Source of the DNA: an uncultured Planctomycetota bacterium
Lineage (GTDB): Bacteria > Planctomycetota > Phycisphaerae > Tepidisphaerales > Tepidisphaeraceae
NCBI GenBank assembly: GCA_963841915.1
Contig: CAWJEN010000006.1
Coordinates: forward strand, 448,001-512,000
Direction: 5' to 3'
DNA: 64,000 nt
Shown here: one piece after another, positions 32,570-41,181 of the stretch
Position numbering within the stretch: position 1 is the first letter of the stretch
How the letters are laid out: each line of letters opens with the position of its first letter
Program-made: the position numbers and the translations under genes
Notes under the pieces: generated by a model
Database searches by the model: none
Seen by the model: the letters and a program-made list of their open reading frames with translations, nothing else
Told to the model about the DNA's origin: nothing

Positions 32570-33654
32570 GATTCCGGCTGGGCGGCGATCTGACGGGCAA
32601 GGCCTTCACTTCCGTGCAGCCGCTTTGACGTGCGGACCTTCACGTCCGACGTCGCGGCGAGGTGCCTTGCGATCCGCTCGGCGTGAACGTGGCAGTTCTC
32701 CAGGAAAATCTTGTAACTGCTCGACTGCGTGCCGGCCACGGCGGTGCCGGCGACATAGAGGCCGGGCACATTCGTCTCCATCGTCTCCTCGTCAAACGTC
32801 GGCCGCTCACCCGGGCCGATGAGATCGACACCCGCCCGGCGGAGCAGTCGCTTGTCCTGCTCGTAGCCGATGAGGCTCAACACTTCGTCGGCCTCAACGT
32901 CGACCGTCTCACCCGTGCCGACGTGGGCAAGCGTGACATGCGTCGGCGTGATCTTCGTCGGCTGCATCGAGAAGTAGGCGTCGATGCGGCCCGCTTTAAT
33001 GAGGCCTTCGATTTCTGGAAGAATCCAGTACTTAATGCTCTTTTGTGGCAGCTCGCTGCCGCGGTAGCACAAAGCGACCTTGGCCCCGGCGTGGTGACAC
33101 CGCAGGGCAGCTTCGACGGCGCTGTTGCGGCCTCCGACGACGAGCACGCGGCGGCCGAAGTAGCGGTGTGGGTCGCGCAGGTATCCGTCGACGTGCGGCA
33201 GATCGTCACCGTCGACGCCGAGACGTCGTGGCACGTCGGTCCCACCGATGGCCAGAACGACGCGTCGGCAATGCGTCCGGCGCTCGCCGCCGCGGGTTTG
33301 GCTGACGACGCTAAAGGTGCCGTCGTCGTGATGATCGATGTCGCTGACCGGCTCGAAGGTGCGGACGTGGAGGTCGTGTGCTTCGACGACGGTCCGCAGA
33401 TAGCTGAGGTATCGCTCGCGGGTCGCCTTTTGCCCGTCCTCGGTGACGAGCGGAATCCCTGCGATGGCGATGCGTTCGTTGCTGCTGAACCACCTGGTTT
33501 GCGGAGCCCACCACGACATGGTGTGACCGAGTTCCTTGGCCTCGAACAGGCGGTAGTCGACGCCGCCTGCTGCCAGGCTGGCTGCGACTTCGAGGCCGAT
33601 GGGGCCACCGCCGACGACGACGACGTCTGTGGTGTCGTGTTGCATCTGCGACAT
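32566..33654 (-). CDS. NAD(P)/FAD-dependent oxidoreductase, YpdA (bacillithiol disulfide reductase)-like
   Basis: GGGPIG; WFSS; GGRNSAVEAAL; IKYWILP; METNVPGLYVAG; IFLEN. Confidence 0.8.
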   Translation of the reverse strand: MSQMQHDTTDVVVVGGGPIGLEVAASLAAGGVDYRLFEAKELGHTMSWWAPQTRWFSSNERIAIAGIPLVTEDGQKATRERYLSYLRTVVEAHDLHVRTFEPVSDIDHHDDGTFSVVSQTRGGERRTHCRRVVLAIGGTDVPRRLGVDGDDLPHVDGYLRDPHRYFGRRVLVVGGRNSAVEAALRCHHAGAKVALCYRGSELPQKSIKYWILPEIEGLIKAGRIDAYFSMQPTKITPTHVTLAHVGTGETVDVEADEVLSLIGYEQDKRLLRRAGVDLIGPGERPTFDEETMETNVPGLYVAGTAVAGTQSSSYKIFLENCHVHAERIARHLAATSDVKVRTSKRLHGSEGLARQIAAQPES

Positions 33655-33743
33655 GAACTCAGTTTACGCGGCCGGTTATGAAGAAAGGGCACCCGGACAA
33701 ACGGGTACCCTTTCGAGGGGGAGAGAGATTTGTGCTGCCGACA

Positions 33744-34223
33744 CTAGGCCGATGCCGAAGCGCGGCGTCGGTCAAAAGCGGCGCGGGCGGCAGGCTCAAC
33801 GTGGTCGAAGTCATGACTTGACGACTTGCCGTAGCCCTTGTCGTCGTAGTGCGTCCGCAGGGCGTCGGCGTCGTAGTCGTGGTCCGAGTCGGCGGCGTTG
33901 TATCCGAGGCGGTACGCCGGCTCGTAATCCTCGTACTTGTCGTCAGAGGTGGCGTAGGGCTGGTTGCCGTGCTCGGCGCGCCAGTGGGCGTCCTCGGTCG
34001 GGTCGACCGCCTCACCAATGCCGTGACCGACGAGGCCACCGACAACAGCGCCGGCTACGCCTCCGATGACGGCACCGACGGGTCCGCCCAGGGCACCGAT
34101 GGCTGCGCCGGTGGCGGCGCCGCTGGCCGAGCCGATGCCGGTGCCCGCAGGGTGGCTGCCCGGATTGCCGGTGATGAGGTCAGGGTTCGTGTCTGCTTCG
34201 TGGTCTTTGTTGGTCGTGCTCAT
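33744..34223 (-). CDS. Glycine-zipper protein (general-stress type)
   Basis: HPAGTGIGSASGAATGAAIG...GGLVGHG; EDAHWR; YEDYEPAYRLGY; ARAAFDR. Confidence 0.8.
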   Translation of the reverse strand: MSTTNKDHEADTNPDLITGNPGSHPAGTGIGSASGAATGAAIGALGGPVGAVIGGVAGAVVGGLVGHGIGEAVDPTEDAHWRAEHGNQPYATSDDKYEDYEPAYRLGYNAADSDHDYDADALRTHYDDKGYGKSSSHDFDHVEPAARAAFDRRRASASA

Positions 34224-34259
34224 GGTGCGTTGGGTTGGTGGTGCTTTGACGAATTACAT

Positions 34260-34275
34260 TGCAACGGTCGTGCCA
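34260..34275 (-). promoter_or_regulatory. Sigma-54 promoter of the glycine-zipper gene
   Basis: TGGCACGACCGTTGCA matches the consensus TGGCACG-N4-TTGCW, 36 bp upstream of the ATG. Confidence 0.75.
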
Positions 34276-34329
34276 ACTGTGATGAACGCGCAGGTGCGCC
34301 GACAGATTGCGGCCTCCGTATGGTCGCCC

Positions 34330-35706
34330 GTGGCAAACGATGTCGAGCTGTCGGATCAACAGATGATCGATCTGACGGCGCGGGAGGCATACCGGTACTT
34401 CACCGATGAAGGACTACACGCGGGCGGGCTTGTGCGGGACTCGGCACGGCCGGGTTCGCCCTGCAGCGTCGCGGCGGCCGGTTTTGCCGCGGCAGCGCAC
34501 GTCGCGGCGGAGATCATGGGCATCGTCGACCGTCAGACGGCGTTGCGGTTGTGTCTCGAGATCGCCAGGACCTTTGCTGCGCTACCGACGCAGACGACAG
34601 TCGCCGAAGCCAGTGACGCGGCGGGGCATCGCGGGCTGTTTTTCCACTTCATCGAGGCAGACGGCGAACGACGCGGCAAGCGGGCGTGGAAAAGCGAACT
34701 CAGCACGATCGACACGGCCCTGCTCGTCGCCGGCCTGCTCACCGCGGCGGCCCACTTTGATCGGGACGACGAGGACGAGCAAGCCCTCCGAGACGCGTGC
34801 AACAAGGTTTGCGATGCCGTCGACTGGACGTTCTGTCTTCGCCCTGACGGCCTGCTTTCGCACGGCTGGCGACCCGAAGCGATCAAGCGGTCGCGGGCGC
34901 ATCACGGCCGCGACGGCTTTATCGTCCACGGCTGGGACGGATACGACGAAGGCTTGTTGCTCTATCTGTTGGCCCTCGGCTCGCCGACGCACGCCATCAA
35001 ACCTGAGAGCTACAACGCCTGGTGCTCGACGTACGCCCGCGACTGGAAGACGGTCGAGGGCATCGAGCACCTGCACTGTCCGCCTTTGTTCACGCACCAG
35101 TTTCCGCACAGCTTTGCCGACCTGGGTGGCGTCCGCGACGCGTTTTGTCGGGATCGCGGCCTCGACTACAACGAGAACGCCCGCCGCGGCACGCTCGCGC
35201 AGATCGAGTACGCCAAGCGGAACCCGCTCGGTTTTCCCGGGTACGGCGGATTCACCTGGGGCCTATCGGCGAGCAACGGCCCGGGCATCGACCACAAGCG
35301 ACAACTCGGGCGAAACGGGGAGAAGATGCGATTCTACCCGTATGTCGAGCGAGGCTTGTCGCCACCCGATGGCGTGGTCGATGACGGCACGCTGGCCCCC
35401 TGGGCGGCGGCGGCGTCACTGCCGTTCGCGCCGAACGAGGTCGTGCAAGCGATCCGCGGCCACCGGGCGGCGACGCTGTGTCGCCCCGACTGGGAAGGGT
35501 TCATGGGCAGTTACAATCTCGCCTACATCGACGAGAATTGCCCGCACGGCTGGGTCGACGAGTACGACCTGGCGATCGAGCAGGCACCTATCGTCATGAT
35601 GGCGGCCAATCACGTGCACGACGGCATCTGGCAGGCAACGCGCAAGTGCGGCGTCTTTCAACGTGGCCTGCGGGCGGCCGACTTCCGAGGCGGATGGCTT
35701 GATTGA
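34330..35706 (+). CDS. Glucoamylase-family/GH144-like glycoside hydrolase (possible beta-1,2-glucanase); start uncertain
   Basis: SVAAAGF, HRGLFFHF, ELSTIDTALLVAG, HGWRPE, WDGYDEGLLLY, PLFTHQF, WGLSASNGP, DDGTLAP, LAIEQAP. Confidence 0.8.
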   Translation: MANDVELSDQQMIDLTAREAYRYFTDEGLHAGGLVRDSARPGSPCSVAAAGFAAAAHVAAEIMGIVDRQTALRLCLEIARTFAALPTQTTVAEASDAAGHRGLFFHFIEADGERRGKRAWKSELSTIDTALLVAGLLTAAAHFDRDDEDEQALRDACNKVCDAVDWTFCLRPDGLLSHGWRPEAIKRSRAHHGRDGFIVHGWDGYDEGLLLYLLALGSPTHAIKPESYNAWCSTYARDWKTVEGIEHLHCPPLFTHQFPHSFADLGGVRDAFCRDRGLDYNENARRGTLAQIEYAKRNPLGFPGYGGFTWGLSASNGPGIDHKRQLGRNGEKMRFYPYVERGLSPPDGVVDDGTLAPWAAAASLPFAPNEVVQAIRGHRAATLCRPDWEGFMGSYNLAYIDENCPHGWVDEYDLAIEQAPIVMMAANHVHDGIWQATRKCGVFQRGLRAADFRGGWLD

Positions 35707-35790
35707 GCCGTTCCACGCGATCACGGCGTCGCTTGTCGTTGTTCAAGGCGGCTCAGTGTCGTAGGCTGGGCCAGAGGGGTTCAACAACGC

Positions 35791-36222
35791 ATGCTTCTGC
35801 AGACGAATAGTTATCTGGTGCCGCGTGACCGCCTTCGGGCGCACGACCTGCTCATGTCCCGGTTTCGTCAGTGCTTCGAGCGCATGGGACTGCCGAGCAG
35901 CGACTTCGACGTCTTTCGTCAAGCGGGTGAGGGATTTACCAGCGATCGCACGACGCCAGGCGTTCGTTGTGTGCAGATGATGCGATTCCGCGACCGCGAT
36001 CATTTCAACACGGTTCGGCAGACAGAGGAGGGCGACGCCGAGGCCAAGCGGCTCGTTGACGAGCTGTGCCGCCTGGTTGATCTGCCTGCCCAGCAACGGA
36101 CCGGGCACTTCGGCGGCGCGTTCTACACGGCCGCACCGCTCGAGCAGTCGACGACGCTGGCGCCGGCCAAGCCTGCTCACACCGACGGCAGCCAGGAGGC
36201 GGAGGAGGAGGTGGCCGTATGA
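35791..36222 (+). CDS. Hypothetical protein
   Basis: 143-aa ORF co-oriented with its neighbours; ATGA overlap with the next gene. Confidence 0.65.
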   Translation: MLLQTNSYLVPRDRLRAHDLLMSRFRQCFERMGLPSSDFDVFRQAGEGFTSDRTTPGVRCVQMMRFRDRDHFNTVRQTEEGDAEAKRLVDELCRLVDLPAQQRTGHFGGAFYTAAPLEQSTTLAPAKPAHTDGSQEAEEEVAV

Positions 36223-36575
36223 CCAAGTTCCTCTCGCCGCTGAGTTGGATCAAGTTCTTGATGCGTGGCGTCTTCGTCGTCCTGCTGGTGGGCGGCTGGG
36301 TCGTGGCGTTGCTGGCGACGCACATCGTGGTGGTGCCGCACGAGGCCGATGACGGCAGTGAGTCGTGGCGAGTCGTCGTCGTGCCCAAGAGCCGGCTCGG
36401 CGTAAGCGACACCTACGTCGACACGCGTGGCTGGACCACCGACGAGGCGGCCGAGCACGCGGACCTGCTGGTTCGCATGGCCGAGGCGGGTAAGGGTGCG
36501 AAGCTGCAAGACCTCCTCGAAGACGCCGCCGTCGCTGCGGCCATGGATCGGCTTCGTGAGCAGTTCGGCCGCTGA
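36219..36575 (+). CDS. Hypothetical membrane protein
   Basis: GGAGG upstream; N-terminal TM; VVVPKSRLGVSDTYVDTRGW. Confidence 0.7.
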   Translation: MTKFLSPLSWIKFLMRGVFVVLLVGGWVVALLATHIVVVPHEADDGSESWRVVVVPKSRLGVSDTYVDTRGWTTDEAAEHADLLVRMAEAGKGAKLQDLLEDAAVAAAMDRLREQFGR

Positions 36576-36584
36576 GGGACCGCT

Positions 36585-37052
36585 TTAGTTGGACGAATTG
36601 CCGCTGGCCTCGTCCATGGTGACGTCGCCTTTGAAGCCTTCGTTGTTGTGCTGCGTTTCGTTGTTCATGCCGTCGGCGCTGGTCGAGGAGCCAGAGGCCA
36701 GTTGCTGACCGCTCATGACGACGGGCGTGTCGAGCGGGTCCAGCGTCTTCGTGTCAGCCGCCTCTGAGCCATGCTCGTGTGGCTTTTGGTGTGGGTCACC
36801 GACACCGGTGAGGCTCGTGCCACCGACGTCGATGTCACCGCCACTGGAGGAGCCGGGGCCTACGTCGTAGCCACCGACGCCGCTGTCGCGTGGGCCGATG
36901 CCGCTGCGGACAGGCGCTTTACCGGGATCATTGCGGCGGGTCTCTTCTGAGACGTAGTTAGCCGCCTGCTTGTCACCGGCGTGAACGCCGAAGTCGCTGT
37001 CGCTAGGCGTGACGGCGTCTCGTTGGCTGCCGGGTTTGGGGTCGGTACTCAT
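36585..37052 (-). CDS. Hypothetical hydrophilic G/S/D-rich protein (alternative start 37061)
   Basis: Low-complexity acidic ORF with typical codon usage. Confidence 0.65.
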   Translation of the reverse strand: MSTDPKPGSQRDAVTPSDSDFGVHAGDKQAANYVSEETRRNDPGKAPVRSGIGPRDSGVGGYDVGPGSSSGGDIDVGGTSLTGVGDPHQKPHEHGSEAADTKTLDPLDTPVVMSGQQLASGSSTSADGMNNETQHNNEGFKGDVTMDEASGNSSN

Positions 37053-37063
37053 GGCAGACATGG

Positions 37064-37079
37064 AACAAGCGGCGTGCCG
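37064..37079 (-). promoter_or_regulatory. Sigma-54-like promoter
   Basis: CGGCACGCCGCTTGTT (GG-N10-GT variant); predicted start site falls at about the ATG at 37052. Confidence 0.45.
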
Positions 37080-37096
37080 GAGGCTACGTTTGCGTC

Positions 37097-37975
37097 GTGT
37101 TCGACTTGCCCGACGGCCCGCCCAGTGACTTTCAGAACCTGCAACGCCAGCTCAACGCGTCAGCGGGGCGTCGCCTGGCAATCCCTGCTGGTGTTGATCC
37201 CGTGACAGCTGAAGGCGACACTTGGCCGGACGGAACGTCGTTGTCGGTCGATCTGACGGAGTGCGTGATGACGGTCGACGCCGATGCGGGTGGCGTGCCG
37301 GATCATCTTAAGCCACCGACTATTTGTCAGGATCGCCAATCGGGGCCGACGTTCGAGCAAACGAGCGTGGTCGCCCGGCCGCTCCGGCTCGACATTGTCG
37401 GCGGTGATGTGCTGGAGACAATCATCGACGTGCAGGGGCGGCGTGTGACCTTCGACATCGGCCGCGACGAGTCGGGCCAATGGGCGATGGCCCCGGCTGC
37501 CGGTGAACTCGACGCGACAGTGTCCGTAGCCAAGATCGACTTACTGGCAGCGGTTGAAGCCAAGGCCAGGGCGGAGGCCAAGCAGCACGGCGTAATCATC
37601 GACCAGCTTGATGCCGACGTGTCGGCACCGTCGGAAAACAGCGCTCAAGTTGCCGGTCGGCTGACTGGTTCGAAGAAGGTCGCCTTCTTCAACGCCAGCT
37701 TCGCCATCGACTTCGTGGCAGAACTCACAGCCGAGCCCGACGAGCAGGGCGAGCTGGTAGGCCGCGTGACGCGGCTCGATCTGTCTGGTGACGGTGCAGT
37801 GATGAGCGTTGTCCTGTCGCTGGCCAAACCGGTCGTGGAGAAGGTCAAGCAACGGCCGCTTCCTTTGGGCGACGTGCTGGCAGCGGCAGGCGTGGCGGGG
37901 CTGCAAGTCCGCCACGTCAGCGTCGAAGCGGGCGAGCGGCTCACGTTGCGGGCGTCGTTCGGCACGCGGTTATGA
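37097..37975 (+). CDS. Hypothetical protein
   Basis: 292-aa ORF filling the gap; no recognised motif. Confidence 0.6.
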   Translation: MFDLPDGPPSDFQNLQRQLNASAGRRLAIPAGVDPVTAEGDTWPDGTSLSVDLTECVMTVDADAGGVPDHLKPPTICQDRQSGPTFEQTSVVARPLRLDIVGGDVLETIIDVQGRRVTFDIGRDESGQWAMAPAAGELDATVSVAKIDLLAAVEAKARAEAKQHGVIIDQLDADVSAPSENSAQVAGRLTGSKKVAFFNASFAIDFVAELTAEPDEQGELVGRVTRLDLSGDGAVMSVVLSLAKPVVEKVKQRPLPLGDVLAAAGVAGLQVRHVSVEAGERLTLRASFGTRL

Positions 37976-38002
37976 GCCTGAATCGACGGCGAGCCGACTT
38001 GT

Positions 38003-38018
38003 AGGAACATGCTTTGCT
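38003..38018 (+). promoter_or_regulatory. Sigma-54-like promoter
   Basis: AGGAACATGCTTTGCT (GG-N10-GC with TTGC), 13 bp before ATG 38032. Confidence 0.45.
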
Positions 38019-38031
38019 CCGCCGGTCAGGC

Positions 38032-38883
38032 ATGACGACCGCAAACGCCTCCTCCAAGGCTGCCCGCGAAGGATCCAAGTGGGGTGAACGCCTGGCACGG
38101 GCCGGCTACTTCGCCAAGGGCTTTCTCTACTTCACGATCGGCTTCCTCGCATTGAAGGCGGCGCTGGGTATGGGTGGCGACATCGGTGGCAGCAAGAACG
38201 CCCTGGCCGCGCTCGCCGGTGAAGGGATGCTGGGCCAGATTCTGTTGTGGATTATCGCCATCGGCCTCGTCGGCTACGCCGCGTGGAACGGCTGGCGGGC
38301 CGTCGTCGACCCCGAAGACGAAGGCGACGACAAGAAGGCCATCGGCAAACGCATCTTCTTCGGCATCAGCTCGCTCATCCACGCGTTCCTGGCATTCTGG
38401 GTCTTCACCACCCTTCTCGGTGGATCGGGTGGATCCTCGTCGGGCAATGGTGGCGGGTCCGGTGGCACCGAGGGCATGGTCGGCACCGTGCTCGGCTTCG
38501 GCACGATCGGCCGCATCCTTGTCGCCGGTGCCGGGCTCGGCATCGCTGGCTTTGCCAGTCAGCAGCTCATCAAGGCCTACAAGGTCGACCTCAGCGACCA
38601 GCTCATGTTCGGCAAGATGAGCGATGGCGTGAAGAAGGTCGCCGTCTACAGCGGCAGAGGTGGCCTGGCGGCACGCGGTGTCGTCTTCAGCATCGTCGGC
38701 TTCTTCCTCCTGCTGGCCGCTTGGCGGTACGACTCCGAAGCCGCCGCCGGCATGGGTGAAGTGCTCAAGATGCTCGACGGCACGCTCGGCTCCATCGTGC
38801 TGGGTGTCATCGCGATCGGGCTGGGGCTCTACGGCGTTCACATGATGGTGAAAGGTCGCTACCGCAAAATCGAGATCCGATGA
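38032..38883 (+). CDS. DUF1206-domain membrane protein
   Basis: LARAGYFAKGFLY, GLVGYAAW, GLAARGVVF, GLGLYG...RYRKI; three repeated TM hairpins. Confidence 0.85.
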   Translation: MTTANASSKAAREGSKWGERLARAGYFAKGFLYFTIGFLALKAALGMGGDIGGSKNALAALAGEGMLGQILLWIIAIGLVGYAAWNGWRAVVDPEDEGDDKKAIGKRIFFGISSLIHAFLAFWVFTTLLGGSGGSSSGNGGGSGGTEGMVGTVLGFGTIGRILVAGAGLGIAGFASQQLIKAYKVDLSDQLMFGKMSDGVKKVAVYSGRGGLAARGVVFSIVGFFLLLAAWRYDSEAAAGMGEVLKMLDGTLGSIVLGVIAIGLGLYGVHMMVKGRYRKIEIR

Positions 38884-38944
38884 GGAGCGGCATCGCCTTT
38901 CTCAGAATTGAGATGAGCCGGGGAACGAACTTCTACGCTGAACC

Positions 38945-39907
38945 ATGTCTCAGATGAAAGCCGCACAAGTTGTCGAACCGCGTCGCATCGAAGTCGTCGA
39001 CGCGCCTGTTCCTGATCCCCAGGAGGGCGAGGTGCGGGTGAAGGTAGAAGGCTGCGGCGTCTGCGCGAGCAACGTGCCGCCGTTCGAAGGTCGCGAGTGG
39101 TTCAAGTACCCGATGGGGCCCGGCGATCTGGGGCACGAAGCGTGGGGCGTCGTCGACGCTGTCGGTCGCGGCGTGAGCGGACTTTGCGAGGGCGACCGCG
39201 TGGCGATGCTGAGCTACAAGGCGTACGCCGACTACGACACGGCGACGGCGAGCAACGTCGCCAAGCTGCCGGACGGCTTGGCGGATGTGCCGTTTCCGGC
39301 CGAGCCGTTGGCGTGTGCGATTAATGTCTTTCGCCGGAGCCAGATCAAGCCCGGCGACACCGTTGTCATCGTCGGCGTCGGTTTTTTAGGAGCACTCATC
39401 AGCCGACTCTGCGTCGACGCCGGCGCGACGGTCGTCGCGATGACGCGGCGGCCTGAGGCGTTGAAGTTCGCCGGCGATGCCGGGGCCAAGACGCTGGAGA
39501 TGGATGATCACTGGCGTGTGATCGAGGCGACGAAGCAGCTTGTCGGTGAAGGCGGGGCCGACGTCGTAATCGAGTGCGTCGGCAAGCAGTGGCCGCTCGA
39601 TCTGGCGACGGAACTCGTCCGCGAGCACGGCCGCCTGGTCATCGCCGGCTACCACCAGGACGGCCCGCGTCAGGTGAACATGCAGCAGTGGAACTGGAAG
39701 GGCCTCGATGTCATCAACGCCCACGAACGCGTGCCCCAGACGTACGTCGACGGCATGAACCTCGCGATCGAGCACGTCGGCCGCGGGTCACTCGACCACC
39801 GGTCGCTGTTGACGCACACGCTCCCGCTGGAGCGGCTGGGTGAGGCTTTGCAGATGACGATCGACCGACCGAAGGGGTTCCTCAAAGCGTGGGTACGGAT
39901 GGGCTGA
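38945..39907 (+). CDS. Zinc-binding (MDR) dehydrogenase
   Basis: CGVCASN, GHEAWG, EPLAC, VGVGFLG, DVVIECVG. Confidence 0.9.
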   Translation: MSQMKAAQVVEPRRIEVVDAPVPDPQEGEVRVKVEGCGVCASNVPPFEGREWFKYPMGPGDLGHEAWGVVDAVGRGVSGLCEGDRVAMLSYKAYADYDTATASNVAKLPDGLADVPFPAEPLACAINVFRRSQIKPGDTVVIVGVGFLGALISRLCVDAGATVVAMTRRPEALKFAGDAGAKTLEMDDHWRVIEATKQLVGEGGADVVIECVGKQWPLDLATELVREHGRLVIAGYHQDGPRQVNMQQWNWKGLDVINAHERVPQTYVDGMNLAIEHVGRGSLDHRSLLTHTLPLERLGEALQMTIDRPKGFLKAWVRMG

Positions 39908-39974
39908 GCGTCCGTGCTCATGCGCAGCTGCCTTCTGGATGAGGCGACCTGCTAATGCTGGAGCTTGCCGTCGC

Positions 39975-40343
39975 TCACGCAGCCTTCTTCGCCATCGTGG
40001 CGTTGATCTTTTCCATCAGGCTTTCGGGGGTGAATGGCTTGATGACATAGTTGTTGACACCGGCCTTGATGGCTTCGACCACGCGGCTCTTCTCGGCCTC
40101 GGTCGTGCACATGACGAGCGGCGTGGTCTTGTCTGTTTCGCGGATCTTCTTGACCAGCGTGTGGCCGTCCATGTTGGGCATGTTCCAGTCGACCAGAATG
40201 AGGTCGAACTTGTCGCCGCCCTCAAGAACCTTGAGGGCTTCGAGGCCGTCACCGGCTTCGGAGAAGTCGGAACAGATCTGCGACAACACCTTTTTCTGGA
40301 TGTTCCGCATGGTGGATGAGTCGTCGACGAGGAGAAGCTTCAT
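39975..40343 (-). CDS. cheY: CheY-like single-domain response regulator
   Basis: MKLLLVDDSSTMR, DWNMPNMDG, TTE, AGVNNYVIKPFT. Confidence 0.9.
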   Translation of the reverse strand: MKLLLVDDSSTMRNIQKKVLSQICSDFSEAGDGLEALKVLEGGDKFDLILVDWNMPNMDGHTLVKKIRETDKTTPLVMCTTEAEKSRVVEAIKAGVNNYVIKPFTPESLMEKINATMAKKAA

Positions 40344-40389
40344 GAGTCGTGGTGAAGGAAAGGCTTGAGTTTTGTGATACGGCGGAGGT

Positions 40390-40893
40390 TCAGGCGGCGA
40401 TGCGGCAGGCGCCTTCGATGCTCTTGATGCTGACTTCGACGGCGAACGAGCCGGCGTCGACGTTGCAGGGCACACTCAGGCACGGCACGTCCTTGAGCCG
40501 TGCGATTTGGTGGCCGCGACCGACGATGACGCTGGGGATGCCAATGGAAGCCTCGTAACCGAGCTCACGCTTGGCAGCTCCGCTGACCATGTTGCACAGC
40601 TCACCGACGGCGTCGGCAAACTCGGGCGTCTTGGGCTCGATCTCCATGCCGGCAAACCCATTGACGATGGCCTCGGCGGCCTTCATCTCGAAGCTCAGGA
40701 CGACGGTCCCCATCACGTCGCCGCCGAACTGGATGATGCTGCTGACATCGAAACTGGCAACCGGATCGGACTTCACGCCCGGTCGACCGACCGTGACTTC
40801 AAGGCCGACCATGGTCTTGATGACCTCGCGAACGCTCTTGACGAACGGAACAATGAGCTTCGGATCAAAAGCGGCAGTCGGGCCTTGAGACAT
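40390..40893 (-). CDS. cheX: CheX phosphatase
   Basis: DAVGELCNMVSG (E-x2-N motif), IGIPSVIVG; immediately upstream of cheY. Confidence 0.88.
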   Translation of the reverse strand: MSQGPTAAFDPKLIVPFVKSVREVIKTMVGLEVTVGRPGVKSDPVASFDVSSIIQFGGDVMGTVVLSFEMKAAEAIVNGFAGMEIEPKTPEFADAVGELCNMVSGAAKRELGYEASIGIPSVIVGRGHQIARLKDVPCLSVPCNVDAGSFAVEVSIKSIEGACRIAA

Positions 40894-41055
40894 GGTGCGT
40901 TGGCGGAAGGAGTAACGGTGCCGGCTAAATTGCCCCCCAAGGCCGGCGTCTACACCCTCCATCGCCCGACCCGATGCGAGACTTGATGCCTTACGCAGAT
41001 TTCACATCTTCAACGCCTGACGTGACGAAGCACAGCACGGAACAGGCGGTGAAAG

Positions 41056-41129
41056 TACCCGCAGCAGGGCTCGAACCTGCGACCTCAGCTTTAGGAAAGC
41101 CGTGCTCTATCCAACTGAGCTATGCGGGC
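41056..41129 (-). tRNA. tRNA-Arg(CCT)
   Basis: GCCCGCA/TGCGGGT acceptor stem; anticodon arm CGGCT-TTCCTAA-AGCTG; GTTCGAG T-loop; CCA not encoded. Confidence 0.95.
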
Positions 41130-41181
41130 GACTGGCCCACGATAGGGCCGTGGGTGGACAGCCGGCGAGGTCGCGGCGACC

